NCBI GenBank assembly: GCA_051294375.1
Contig: CM119268.1
Location: forward strand, 10,237,607-10,301,606
Direction of reading: 5' to 3'
Source of the DNA: Paraspadella gotoi
Lineage: Eukaryota; Animalia; Chaetognatha
DNA: 64,000 nucleotides
In this document: one piece after another, positions 39,471 through 53,660 of the stretch
Layout: every line of letters begins with the position of its first letter
Numbering within the stretch: the first letter of the stretch is position 1
The notes under the pieces: model-generated
Database searches by the model: none
The model's input: only the letters and a program-made list of their open reading frames with translations
What the model was told of the DNA's origin: nothing
Program-made: the position numbers and the translations under genes

Positions 39471-39891
39471 AGAGAGAGAGTGAGAGTGCTTAACCTGACC
39501 TCATCCATTGTACCGACGACGCCCTGGGTCGTCCCGAGGAAGGAAGACTCATCACTTGCGACGACGACGACGACGACGACGACGATAATAACGACGACGA
39601 CTGTTGTGGCCTTGTCTCCTCGTCTTTATGTCGCTCTCACTCTCTCTTTTATCGCTTCCATCGTCGCTCCCTCTGTCCGACTCAAATGGAACCAATAATC
39701 GTCCATGATGCACCAGCAGAAAAATGTCTCGCTTCCTCGCTGAGAGACCGTGAGAGGCCGTGAGGCTGTGAGACGCGGTGAACCGAATCGAGTTTGTACT
39801 GAAGAGAAACTAAGTGAAGGAAATAAGTGAGTGTTTGAGTCTGGATTTTCTCGAAGTTACGTTTAGATATAGGATTAATAGATATTATATA

Positions 39892-40083
39892 TATGAAATT
39901 GGTAGCACCTATAGAAAAATTATCCATTCATTTAATAAATAAGCTATCTTGCCTTTGACTTTGGACAGGCTTTGGTGGTTTAAGGACACAAGATAATGCC
40001 ATAGTAGTTCCCTGCAAGCTTTCAATCATGACTCTCTCACAGTCTCGTTTATTCATTCCCAGATTCTCTGGCGTCTCTATCAA
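39892..40083 (+). repeat. Dispersed ~190-bp repeat, copy 2
   Basis: Diverged copy of 2959-3145 in unrelated flanking sequence. Confidence 0.8.
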
Positions 40084-40786
40084 AGAATTCAAATAAATAT
40101 ATATTATATATTAATGTAATATCAAAAGTCGTAAAGCAGTTATTTAGTTAATTGTAAAACTTATATTTTTAAGTTATTGTGTGAGGTCTTGAAATAAAAA
40201 TTAGTGCTGATATTTCACTTTCTAAATGGAGGGAAGAGCGAGTCGAAATCCCGGGAAAAGAGAAAGAAAAAAAAATCGCGCTTCTCTAACAGGAGGCCGA
40301 AATGGATTTTCTATTCACTGCTCGGGAGAAAAAATGGAAGGAAAAAGAAAGACAAAAAGACAAAATAAAAAAAATGGAATAAAAAAAATGTAAAAAAGAC
40401 AAAAAAAAACAACAGAAACAACACCAAACCAAAAAAAAACAAACAAAAAAACCAGAAAACACCTGAAGACAGAAACCCGAAAAGAACAAAATAACAAATG
40501 GACAGTTTTAATTAGTTTTATTCTCCTTAAAAAAAAACATAATAATGTCTACTATGAGGAAAAAAAATTGATGTTTTCGACTGACCAGAATCGACTATTT
40601 TTAGCCCCAAAACCGAAAAGAAGGGAAAAAAAGCAACATGAAAAGGAAACAACTACGATGGAGAAAAAAACAAAAAATTTCCGGCTCCGGTTTTCTTGTT
40701 TACTTTGGCTTCTTATCCTAATTAAGTGGCAGCAATGTCGGGGAAAGAAGAAACCCTTTTTTGGGTGGAGAGTGGGAGTTGAAAGA

Positions 40787-40841
<55 letters not shown>

Positions 40842-41940
40842 GTTTTTTTAGAGGTTTCTCGCCACATCGAGAACCTTAACACGCGTAACTCGATTGGCCT
40901 GGGTGGTCGTTTTAGCGGTTGGCGTCGAAGTTGTGGTCGTAGCCGTGGTTGGCCTTTTGGTTGAGGCTCAAAGCGAAGAAAGATAAAATTGAGTGGGAGA
41001 GTAAGGTAGGTTGGTTATTTGGTTTATTTATTGATTAAACGTTTGCATAATTAATAAATAAGATAAAAAAGAAAGGGAATTAGTATTAAGTCCCACGGGT
41101 CGCTACGATTTTCTCAGAAATTCAAAAAACATAAAATGAGTCATCGATCAGGTTCGATTCCATCACTCGATTCCATATTTTTTTTTACCCGAAACTTAAT
41201 CGCTTTTATCTATCTTATATCCATTTTTTTTAAAGATGAATATATTATGAAATTGGTACAAATTATATACAAATTATATATATTATATAATAATATATAC
41301 TGGGTTCGTCGATACTACTAGTATTACTAGGGAGGGTATTTTTTATATCAATATTTGTTTCGATTTATCTTCGTATTAACAATTTTAAATATATATATAC
41401 GTATATTACCAAAGCTTATATTCTTTTCCCTTATTTTAATCAAAACTTTCTTAAAATATACGTTCGTCCGCAATACATTTAAAATTTTCCCCAAGTTTTA
41501 TTCTTCCTTCTTTTTCAAGCCACGATTATTAGTTCACTCTCCGTTCTTCCATTTTTTTCTTTTTAAATTCAAACCCCATTTCTTAAATTTCCTCTTATTT
41601 TCAGCTCCTTCTTTCCTTTCCCTTTTTTTTATTTGGCCGACTTCTTCCCTGCAGCCGGCAAATTAACTAACTTCCCTGAGCTTACAGCCTTCTCCCCCTA
41701 ACTAACTTCCCTGAGCTTACAGCCTTCTTCCCCCTTCCCCCCCCTCGCCCCCCCTCCTTTTCCAACTCTGTCTCATCTTCCTTTCTTTTTTTCAATGAGT
41801 CACATTATTCTGGTCACGTGAGACATAAACCGGCGGAGACGACGACGAAGACGACGACCACGATGACGATATGAGAAAAAAAAAACGGGAGAGAAGTTAT
41901 CTGAAGAAAAAGTTTTATGTATATCTTATTGAGGGGTAGA

Positions 41941-42031
<91 letters not shown>

Positions 42032-42277
42032 GAGAGAGAGCATGAGGNNNNNNNNNNNNNNNNNNNNNNNNNTTACCCCCCCCTCCGCCCCCTCCTTTTC
42101 CAACTCTGTCTCATCTCTCCTTTCTTTTTTTCAATGAGTCACATTATTCTGGTCACGTGAGACATAAACCGGCGGAGACGACGACGAAGAGACGACCACG
42201 ATGACGATATGAGAAAAAAAAAACGGGAGAGAAGTTATCTGAAGAAAAAGTTTTATGTATATCTTATTGAGAGAGAT

Positions 42278-42339
<62 letters not shown>

Positions 42340-42358
<19 letters not shown>

Positions 42359-43074
42359 AGAAAAAAAAGGAGAGAAAAGAAAGGTGGATGAGGAGAAGAA
42401 AAGATTTGGCGCAACCGTCATACATTAATAATCTGGAACTGAAAAATGCGCGAGAGAGGCGGAAAAAAAAAAAGAGATACTTGATATTTTAGTGACGAAT
42501 GAGAAAGTGATGAAGTCAGATCAATAAACGTGAACTCGGTCACAGGCAATTTGAATTTTCCAAATCTTCCAATCTTCCACCTGCTTCTTCGTCGCCTCAC
42601 TCCGCTCTCGCAAAGGCAGGACGACAGTCGGCCAGGCGCCTACGTGGGTTTACCTTCTGAGTTGCATTCCACATTTTCTTGCTGAGGATTTTTCCTCTTT
42701 TCCAACTGCAATCCAAACGTTCTTGCCACTTCTTCAACCCTTTCTTCGTTTTTCCCAGTTTACTTTTCACTCACAACCCAATCGTTTGCCTAACATCCCA
42801 TTCATCTTGGTCCCTGCTAATCCCACTTTACTTTAACCTTTCCTTATCCTCCATTACTCCCACCTTCCTCCACTGCTTACCTTCCAAACTCCTCCACCTT
42901 CTTTCCACCTTCTTTTCCCTCCATTTCTCCACCTTTCTCCACTTTCCGCTCATCCCCAACCCCATATCCCTCGTCAATGGGCGACGCCAGCGGTTTTCCT
43001 TGGGCCCCTCAATTCAATCACGGGATTTGCAGAACCATTTCTTGAACGCGCCGCGAGAAAAATCATACTCTCTT

Positions 43075-43153
<79 letters not shown>

Positions 43154-44568
43154 TTCTCTCTCTCTCCTTCTTCCCTCATTTCCTCCTCTTTGATTTCTCA
43201 TCTCGGCTCTCTAATTGCCAGAGAGAGGCTTGCTGGCGCCGAGGCTTCCGCATGCCAGTTTAGAATAGTCGTCATCATTTTTGCTGTGGATCGTGTCGTC
43301 CCCACTCTTGTACTCGTGTGACCAGAGGGAAATTTACAATTAGACGCCTAGAATTTAAAATCAAAAAAGTCAAAAATTGGAAAAAAAGCAAATGAAAAAG
43401 CGGGATGTAACGGATCGACGATTCATCGTTTGCCCTCAGGTCGCCTGGATTTCTTTCCATCGAGAACAGCAAACGTCCACTAAAAAAAACACAAAAAAAA
43501 AAAACAGAAAAAAAGACCGACTGAATCAAGGCATAATTGCACATTTCATTTTTTTACTCAAACGTTTTAAAATGCTTAAGAAAAAAAAAAACTGCACTCG
43601 AAAATGAAACAGAACGCCAGAGAAAACTTAAAGTTTTTTTAAAGGTCTTTCGAGTCCTTGTTTTTCCGGCATCAGTTTTAATATTCGTTTCTCGGAAGAA
43701 ATTCTTGTTCTCCTTCCATAATTATTGACTCTTGTCTTTTTGTCTGAACGGAAACAAAGGAAAACAAACCAGAAAGTGAATAAGGGAGCCGAAAATTAAA
43801 AGTGCAAACAAAAGGGGAAACGGAAAAAGGGAAGAATAAATTCTCAGAGAGAGAGAGAGAGAGAGGAAGGAGAAAAAAAAGGAGAGAAAAGAAAGGTGGG
43901 ATGAGGAGAAGAAAAGATTTGCGACAACCGTCATACATTAATAATCTGGACTGAAAATGCGCGAGAGGCGGAAAAAATAAAAGAGATACTTGAATATTTT
44001 AGTGACGAATGAGAAAGTGATGAAGTCAGATCAATAAACGTGAACTCGTCACAGGCATTTGAATTTTCCAAATCTTCCAATCTTCCACCTGCTTCTTCGT
44101 CGCCTCATCCGCTCTCGCAAAGGCAGGCGACAGTCGGCCAGGCGGCCTACGTGGGTTTACCTTCTGAGTTGCATTCCACATTTTCTTGCTGAGGATTTTT
44201 CCTCTTTTCCAACTGCAATCCAACGGTTCTTGCCACTTCTTCAACCCTTTCTCGTTTTTCTTCCAGTTTACTTTTCACTCACAACCCAATCGTTGCCTAA
44301 CATCCCATTCATCTTGTCCCTGCTAATCCCACTTTACTTTAACCTTTCCTTATCCTCCATCTACTCCCACCTTCCTCCACTGCTTACCTTCCAACTCCTC
44401 CACCTTCTTTCCACCTTCTTTCCTCCATTTCTCCACCTTTCTCCCACTTTCCGCTCATCCCCCAACCCCCATATCCCTCGTCAATGGGGCGACGCCAGCG
44501 GTTTTCCTTGGGCCCTCAATTCAATCACGGGATTTGCAGAACCATTTCTGAACCGCGCGAGAAAAATC

Positions 44569-44633
<65 letters not shown>

Positions 44634-45266
44634 CCCTCATTTCCTCCCTTTGATTCTCATCTCGGCCTCTAATTGCAGAGAGAAGGCTGCTGCGCCGAGG
44701 CTTCCGATGCCAGTTAGAATGTCGTCATCATTTTTGCTGTGGATCGTGTCGTCCCCATCTTGTACTCGTGTGACAGAGGGAAATTTACAATTAGCGTAGA
44801 ATTTAAATCAAAAAGTCAAGAATTGGGAAAAAAAAGCAAATGAAAAAGCGGATGTAAGGATCGACGTCGTTTGCTCAGGTCCCTGGATTTCTTTCCATCG
44901 AGAACAGCAAATGCCACTAAAAAAAAACAAAAACAAAAAAACAGAAAAAAAACCGACTGGAATCAGGCATAATTGCACAATTTCATTTTTTTATCAAACG
45001 TTTTAAATCTTGAAGAAAAAAAAATGACTCGAAAATGAAACAGACGCCAGAAAACTTAAAGTTTTTTTAAAGTTCTTTCGAGTCTTTGTTTTTCCGGCTC
45101 AGTTTTTAATATTCGTTTCTCGGAGAAATTCTTTCTCCTTCCCAAAATATTGACTCTTGTCTTTTGTTTGAAGGGAAACAAAGGAAAACAAACAGAAAGT
45201 GAAAAGGAGCGAAAATTAAAGTGAAAACAAAAGGGAAACGGAAAAAGGGGAAGATAGAAATTCTCA
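42340..45266. repeat. ~1.5-kb tandem duplication (about 42340-43845 and 43846-45266), joined at a (GA)n tract
   Basis: Colinear copies that differ mostly by 1-nt indels. Confidence 0.85.
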
Positions 45267-46256
45267 CTGAAAATCAAATTGAACTAATGCAAAATTAAAT
45301 TCGTTACTCAGGTCCGAGGAGTTAATTAAGGTTTTTCAAAAATGAGGCTTGATTAACCCAAATTCTCGCGAATAGAAAGAGTGCGGAAATATCTTCCATC
45401 AATATATTCAAATGTTATTACTTTTAAATGAAATATGAACGTATAAAAATATATATCGTTTATATATCTTGAATACAAGTTTACAAAGGCCAAGGCTTCC
45501 TTCTTTAACATTTTCACATTCTCGTCTGGCGGTAAAACCCCACAACTCGGACGACCTCGCACCGAGAAACGGGGTCAGCTGTTATGCGCCTCGCAGCCTC
45601 GCCGCCCCGCCTCCTCGCCGCCTCGCCGCCTCGCCGCCTCGTGGCGAAGAAACGCGTAAAATCAGGAAGGAATTGAATAAAAAGAAATGAATTTGGTGAA
45701 TAGAATTGCGGCGCTCGAAGTGAGCGAATCACGGCCGATTGAAACCGAAGTGAGGGGAAGGCGGGATGGGGGTTGGGGGGGAGGGGGGGAAGTGGGCTGG
45801 GGGAGAGGGTGGAAAAGAAATCCGAACTCGAGAAGAGAAAAAAAAGGTTGCGGCGCCAGATGAGTCGAGCTTTTCTCGAACCAGAGAGAGAATCAGCTCA
45901 TTCTTCTTTTTTTCCCTCTTCTTTTCTTTATCTCTTTGTTTTAATTTTTCTAGTTTCTTTTTCTTCATTTTAATCTCTATTCACTTCATGTTCATTAATT
46001 TTTTTTTATCCCAGTCTTGCTTTCCTTTTCGGTTCCTTCAATGTATTTACACGTTCCTCATATTCACTAATATTTTTAATGTCGTCATGATTCCCAGTTT
46101 TGTTCCGATTTTTACACCTTCCTTTTTTTTACATTCGTTGTTTCTCTCGACTCCCTCATATCTTTTTTATTTCCCCTTTTCCATCTTCAACTTCTCTTTT
46201 TCTTTTTATATCCGTTTCTCTTCCCACATGCCGGGTTTTTTATCTCTCTATCTCTG

Positions 46257-46324
<68 letters not shown>

Positions 46325-47257
46325 ACTCCATCTCCTTGCCTCTCTCAGGGGTTAATCTCATCAAAGTGTAGCGGGTCGGTCGGAAAGACTCGCTCCATTT
46401 TCGCTCGGAGACTAAAATTCCAAGGACTTGAGATTCATTGTATCCTCGAGAATCTCTAAAAGATTGAATTAACTACAAGACAATAAGAATATATTTAATG
46501 TTTTAAAATTATAGTTAATAATCTTGTTATCAACATCTCTTTAATTGATAAAGTTTCACCAAAACTTTCTACTNNNNNNNNNNNNNNNNNNNNNNNNNNN
46601 NNNNNNNNNNNNNNNNNNNNNNNNNNNNNNNNNNNNNNNNNNNNNNNNNNNNNNNNNNNNNNNNNNNNNNNNNNNNNNNNNNNNNNNNNNNNNNNNNNNN
46701 NNNNNNNNNNNNNNNNNNNNNNNNNNNNNNNNNNNNNNNNNNNNNNNNNNNNCCCAAATTCTTCTTTACACAATACAATACACAATGGTACACGTTCAAT
46801 AAATTATATTAAATTATATTATTTTAAATTGTATGATAAAAATTAAAAGAAACAAAAATTCATCGAGATCCATTCGAAAGTTTTTGGCTAACGACCAATG
46901 GGGTTTTTCCATCCAACAATTCTCTCGATAGGAAAAGAACTTGTTTTTTCATTTGTTCTCCCATAAGTTAAGAGTCAAAACCTGGTTTCCAATTAGTGCG
47001 TCAATTACATAGATGGCGCCACAAAATGGCAACATGAGGAGAGAGGACGAGTCTCCTCGTAACTTACCTCGCGGGCTTTTGTTTTGTCTTTTGTTTCTTT
47101 TGCTGTTGTTTTTTTTTCGAAAAACAACGATAACAATCTCTCTTTTCCCTTCCTCTCCAAAGATGCCCCAAGGGCTTCTGTCGCGGATGCGTCGTTGGCT
47201 CCCGCAACAGCAAAGATGTTTGCGGCGGCGAAGATGAGGTTGGTTGGTTGGTTGGTT

Positions 47258-47353
<96 letters not shown>

Positions 47354-47896
47354 TTTTATTTCTTTCTTTCAATTGCCATTCTCCTGTCTAGCTATCCTTT
47401 TTCTTTTCTTATATCTCGGGCCGGAATGATCTTTCTTTTTCTCTCTCTCACTCTCTCTTTCTTTTCCCTCATATGTTTTTATATGTTTTTCCTCTTTATA
47501 GCTTTAGACTGAATCTCCCTCGATTCTTTCCTCCAGCCTTTTCCCTCGTCGAGACTTTAATTTTCAGTTTGTTTATTCATTGTTATTGCAGTTGGTGGAG
47601 TTTGAGGTAAGAGCTGGAAGAGATTCTGCTGGCAAGAAATCGTTGAAGATTTGCCAACTTCCAGTNNNNNNNNNNNNNNNNNNNNNNNNNNNNNNNNNNN
47701 NNNNNNNNNNNNNNNNNNNNNNNNNNNNNNNNNNNNNNNNNNNNNNNNNNNNNNNNNNNNNNNNNNNNNNNNNNNNNNNNNNNNNNNNNNNNNNNNNNNN
47801 NNNNNNNNNNNNNNNNNNNNNNNNNNNNNNNNNNNNNNNNNNNNNNNNNNNNNNNNNNNNNNNNNNNNNNNNNNNNNNNNNNNNNNNNNNNCTCAC

Positions 47897-47975
47897 GCTG
47901 CCCCGAAGATCGACGAATGATGTTCTCCAAAAACGTGTTTTGCGGAGCCACCAGGCCCCGGCGAGATCCGGGCAT
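47897..47975 (-). CDS. eag: Eag-family (Kv10, KCNH1/5-like) voltage-gated K+ channel, coding exon 1 (PAS-cap)
   Basis: Translates [26 protein letters not shown], matching the Eag N-terminal motif (Drosophila Eag [23 protein letters not shown]). ATG is in AAG-ATG context; 79 coding nt end at a phase-1 donor C|GTGAG (47896-47892). Confidence 0.96.
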
Positions 47976-49410
47976 CTTCCTTTCTTCGCATTCAACTTTG
48001 TTTGTTTGTAAACAAACCGACGACGCGTTCCTCAATCCTTTATTTATTTATTAATGTTTATTTATTTGTTTATTTGTTTAGGATTAAATTTTCTTATTTT
48101 TTTTTTATTTTTTAGTTAATATTTTTCGTCGTTTTCATTTTTTTTTTTTATGCTTTTAACGCGCGGAAGAAAAAAATTTGTCGGAAAATAAAGGATTCAG
48201 ATCAAATCCGTTGACCAAAATTTTTTTTTCTCTTCGAGAAACAATATCTGTTCGTTTCCGTTGACGCGGTGGTCGTAGTTGTCGTCTTTGTCGTTATCGT
48301 TATCGTTTTTGTCATCGTCGTCGTTGGTCGCTCATTTCGAGATCCGTCGATAGAAAGCACATTTTTTGTCGCGAGGTGGAGCTCAAAAGTGCGTTAATAA
48401 ACCATAAAAACGGCAAGGCATTAGTAAAACTAAAGGCGAAGCTTTTCTTGTTTTTAAAATAGATTATTGCCGCAACTATTTTTTTTTTTTAATGGTGGAG
48501 TTCTTTTTTTAATTATTGCTCTTTTGGTTTCAAAACCCAATTTTCTGATACTAATAAATCGATTTCGTCAAATGAGACCATATTTACTTTTCATTGTTTC
48601 CCTTCCAGAAAAATGAGTAAGAAAAATTCGGACGCCAGAAATGAAATTTTGTGTAATTCGCTCTTTGCATGAGTGACTTGTACTGACAGTGTAATTTAAG
48701 GGTTTTTTTTTTTGCTTTTGTTTTTTTTTTATATTTTAAATTAATTCTTTCGATCCGATGAATTTGTCGTTTTTGCTTCTCTTTTTCGTCGTTAACCTTT
48801 TTGTTTCAAATTTTCGTTAGTAGCTCTTTTGTTTATGGAAAATGAACTCAGCGCCCTTCCCTTCATCAATCGATTGACAGGTGATATCTCTCTTTTTTTT
48901 TAGGTACTTTAAAAAGAAGAAGGATTTAAACAATTAAAAATATGGGGGTTGAGATTATATTCTTTGGGGTTTTTTTTTGTGTTTGGGCTAACGTATTTAA
49001 AAAAAAAAGAATTTTTCGTTAAATAATGTTCTAATATTTAACCATTTTTTATCACTTACTGCTGTTCTTTATCGATTTTTTGTTATTCTTCGGGAGTTCT
49101 TTTTTAAATTTTTTTATGAAATGAAGAAAAAAGAAATTGTGTCCGTTGAGAATTTTCCAGATTTATTTTTATTTACATTTTTATGTATTAAGCTAAAATG
49201 TTTTGGGTCTCATTCATTGACGCAACGGTGGGTGGGGGGAATTTCAATGATTGGGCAGGGAAATATTTGACGATGAGAGTGAACAGCAACATTGACGGGT
49301 AACATAAGCTGGAGGGTGGAGATTCATTGCAGGATTCGACGTCTTCTTACAAAACTCATTTTTAAAAAAATTCCCAAAAAAAATTCAAAAAAACATCCAA
49401 AGAGGCTGGG

Positions 49411-52400
49411 GAAGTAAAAAAAAAAAGTGTCGTTTAAATTCAAATCGACAGGGGGTCTTTTGTTTTTTTAGTTTTTTGTTCTTTCGTCGTGCGGGGGGAA
49501 AAAAAGAGGAAGTGAGAACGAGGCTGAAGATTCGAAACTTTATTTGACGCAAACGAAGTGACGTTTAAGTGGAATAAAGACGCGTTCGCTGATTGGCTGA
49601 GGTTTTATCGTGAGGGGCGGCCCGCTCGTCGCTGGTTGGACGAAAAACGCGGGACCGCGAAACTAAATTGGGAATAAAAAAAAGTAGTAGTTATTTCGCA
49701 TAGAAATTCAAAAAGTACATTAGGTATATTTTTTTTCAAAATAAAAAGAAAACATTACTAATTAATTACTAAACAATGTCAAATGTAGTGGTAATTTGTA
49801 TATTGTTTATTTTGATTTATATCATTCAACGATTGCACCGCTGCGAGTTTCGAAGCGAGCTCGACGCTCAATTTACAACGACGAAGCGCCAACGCGTAAT
49901 GTACAACGGCAGGTGTCGCTTGAGGTTTGACTGACGCGGAAATGGAAAGAGAATAAAGTCGACGCCGCCTGAATCGATGCACGAAGATTCCAGGTCCAAT
50001 AGCGTCAGACGAGAGAGAGAGAGAGAGAAGAGTGAGCCGCGAGAGGAGATGAGTGAGGGAAAGAGAGACGAGTGAGGAGGGGAAGGAGAGCGAGGGAGGA
50101 GGAGGCGAGAGGGTGCGAGCAGGGGAAGGGGGATGGGAGGAGGGAGAGAGAGGGAGGAAACGAGAGGGGGAGGAGGAGGGAGGTGGAGAGTGAGGATGTG
50201 GAGAAGAGGAAGAGAGAGAGATAGAGAGAAGATCGAGGAAGAGAGAGAGAAGGTTAAGAATCAGTTTGGTTTGGGATATGAGAGAGAAAGGTATGGTGGC
50301 GAAGAGAGGAGAAAAAGGAGATTGAAAGAAAAAGAAATGAGGCAGAGAGGGATGGAGGAGAGGAGACGGGAAGGAAATAGGGAGAGAGAAGATGAGGAGA
50401 GAGGAGAGAGATGAAGAGAAAGAAAGAAAGAGAGGAGGAGAGGAGAGAGAGAGACGGCAGAAAGAAGGTATTATGTGAGAAGCCATGTAAAAGATTCAAG
50501 CTGGTGTGACTTGGACCGGGACGGCCGGAGCAGCAGCCCGAAAAGTTTCTCATCTGTCGATAAAAAGAAATAAAAACGTCAAAACAAGCGAACGATGCCT
50601 TTTTTTAATTGATTTGTTTTGTAAAACTGCAAAAAAAAACGATATATGGTAATAATAAGAGACGAAATAGAGAGCAAGAGAGAGAGAGGATGAGAGAGAA
50701 TAGTAGGGATTCAAAATTTCAAAAAAAGAAATTTTGTTTTGTATTTTTTTATGTTTTAAAAACTGCCAAAAAAGGAGAGGTGTTGTTTTGCTTTATATGC
50801 GAAAAATAATAAAGAGAGAAAGAGAGACGAGAGAGAGAAAACCGGAAGGGATGAGAGACGAGAGAGGAGAGAGAAGATGAGAGACAGATGAGAGAGAAGA
50901 TAGAGACAGATGATAGATGAGAGACAGAGAGAGAGAAGAATAGGTAGGGATTTTCCAAGTTCAAAACAAAGAGGTTAATTCTTTTGGCGCCCATCGCCAT
51001 CTTTCCTTTTCAACCAAGATTGTAAACCACCGAANNNNNNNNNNNNNNNNNNNNNNNNNAGAGAGAGACAGAGAGAGAGAGAGACAGAGAGAGAGAGAAT
51101 AGGTAGGGATTCCAAGTTCAAAAAAAGAGGTTAATTCTTTTTGGCGCCATCTTCCTTTTCAACAAGATTGTAACCTTTTATTCTTCGGATTTGGCTTTTA
51201 TTTTTATTTTTTTCTTTATTCTCAGTTTTTAGAAAGTGAGCTTTAATCAATAATCATAATCAACTATGCGACATTTAAACTTTTATGAGTAAGGGTCAGG
51301 ATTGGGATTTTCGTAAGGGCACCGTAGAGGTAAGGAAGAGTTGAAATTGAAAATCAAGAGCGAGGTTACTTCGGGAAGAAACCATCGGGATGGAGGGGGA
51401 ACCGTCTTGAGCAAAAGTTAAGATAACCGTTAGGATCGGAGATTGGGATCATCGTAGAAAGTCGCCATCTTGGATTCTGAGATGACGTTAGGGGGGTCGG
51501 GATCGTTATCCGACGATGGTCTCACATGTCGAGTGATGTTCTCAGTGAAAGAAGAATGTGGCTAAAAATGAAACTATTTTAATAATTATCGCGTTGGGAA
51601 ATTGTTTCAGTTGAGTTTTTTTTTTTTCTGTTTGAATGTTGAGGCGAAGTTTCAATGAAAAAACAAATTATCGATCCAAAGTTCAAGTGCGAGTTTTNNN
51701 NNNNNNNNNNNNNNNNNNNNNNNNNNNNNNNNNNNNNNNNNNNNNNNNNNNNNNNNNNNNNNNNNNNNNNNNNNNNNNNNNNNNNNNNNNNNNNNNNNNT
51801 CGCGGGACATGTGCGACAGGGATGAAAGTGAATTTCGTAGTAGAAGCGTACTTTGAGGTCTTCGCCAGCGCAAGTTATTCAAAAAGAATGGAACCACACA
51901 CCACGGTGCGGGTATCACGAAAGCTTATTTATTCCCCGCCGTTGCTAAACTTATAACAACTTCAATATTCAATAAGTCCAGCACGTTTTTTTTTTCCAAC
52001 GCGCTCGTTGCAAGGGAAACGCGGAATGGAAAGCGAAAAAGGGTTAAAGATGGAAGGGATATTGCGATGGGATATGGTTATGGAGAATTTCGCGGTTGGA
52101 ATCACAGAATTCTGGGAAAAATGTCAAGGACGCAGTCACAGTGGGTTTAGTGAGGAGAAGTTGAGGTGGTGAGGAAGAAAAGCGAATGGGATGGCGGAAG
52201 GCGAGGGGAGATGGATCGAGGGTCGAGGAAGTACGAACCTTTATATTAGAAATGGATATTTATTTATTTATAAATATTCGTAAAACCTCAGACTTTGCTC
52301 CGAAACTATGTAATGTATGTCCCACTCTCCCTGCAATGTTTGGTGTTTACGACGAGCAACGCATTTTGCTACCGATGCCCATGGACCCGCAACGATCCAA

Positions 52401-53062
52401 TCCGATCTACATTGTGCCTCAATCACCTCGAAATTTTAAGACGCGCCAAAACCCCGGGAAAAGAGAGAGATGGAAGTAAAAAAAAAAAGTGGTCGTTTAA
52501 AATTCAAATCGACAGGGGGTCTTTTGTTTTTTTAGTTTTTTGTTCTTTCGTCTGCGGGGGGAAAACACAACGAGGAAGTGAGAACGAGGCTGAACATTCG
52601 AAACTTTAATTTGACGCATACGAAGTGACGTTTAAAAGTGGAATAAAGACGCGTTCGCTGATTGGCTGAGGTTTTATCGTGAGGGGCGGCCGCTCGCGTG
52701 TTGGGACGAAAAACGCGGGACCGCGAAACTAAATTGGGAATAAAAAAAAGTAGTAGTTATTCGCATAGAAATTCACAAAGTCATAGGTTTTTTTTTTCAA
52801 AATAAAAAAAAACATTACTAATTAATTCACTAACACAATGTCAATGTAGTGGTATTGTATATTGTTTATTTTGATTTATTCATTCAACGATTGCACCGCT
52901 GCGAGTTTGCGAGCGAGCTCGACGCTCAAATTTACAACGACGAAGCGCCAACGTGCGTAAATGTACACGCAAGGTGTCGCTTGAGTTTGACGCGGAAATG
53001 GAAAGAGAATAAGTCGACGCCGCACTGAATTCGACTGCCGATTCAGGTCAAAGGTCAGAGAG

Positions 53063-53096
<34 letters not shown>

Positions 53097-53097
53097 G

Positions 53098-53138
<41 letters not shown>

Positions 53139-53593
53139 AGAAGAGTTGGGGGAGAGAAGGTATGGGGAAGAGAGGGTAGACAGAGATTTGAAGAAGAATG
53201 AGAGAGAGAGAGAGAGGAGAGAGAGAGAAGAGAGAGAGAGGAGAGAGAGAGAGAGAAGAGAGAGAGATGAGAGGAAGAGGCAGAAAGAGTTATGTGAAAG
53301 CCATGTAAGATCAAGCGTGACTTGGACGGGGACGTTGCCGGGCAGCAGCCGACAGTTTCTGTCCGATAAAAGATAAAAAACGTCAACCAAGCGACGTGCT
53401 TTTAATTTGATTTGTTTTGGTTTGTTGTGTGTTGTTTAAAATGCAAAAAAAGGTTATATGGTATATAGAGAGAGGAGAGGAGGAGGAGAGAGAGAGAGCG
53501 AGAGAGAAGAGGAGAGAGAATAGGTAGGGATTGCCATAATTCAAAAAAAGAAATTTGTTTTGCTAAACTGCCAAAAAAGGTTATAATGGTAAT

Positions 53594-53660
<67 letters not shown>

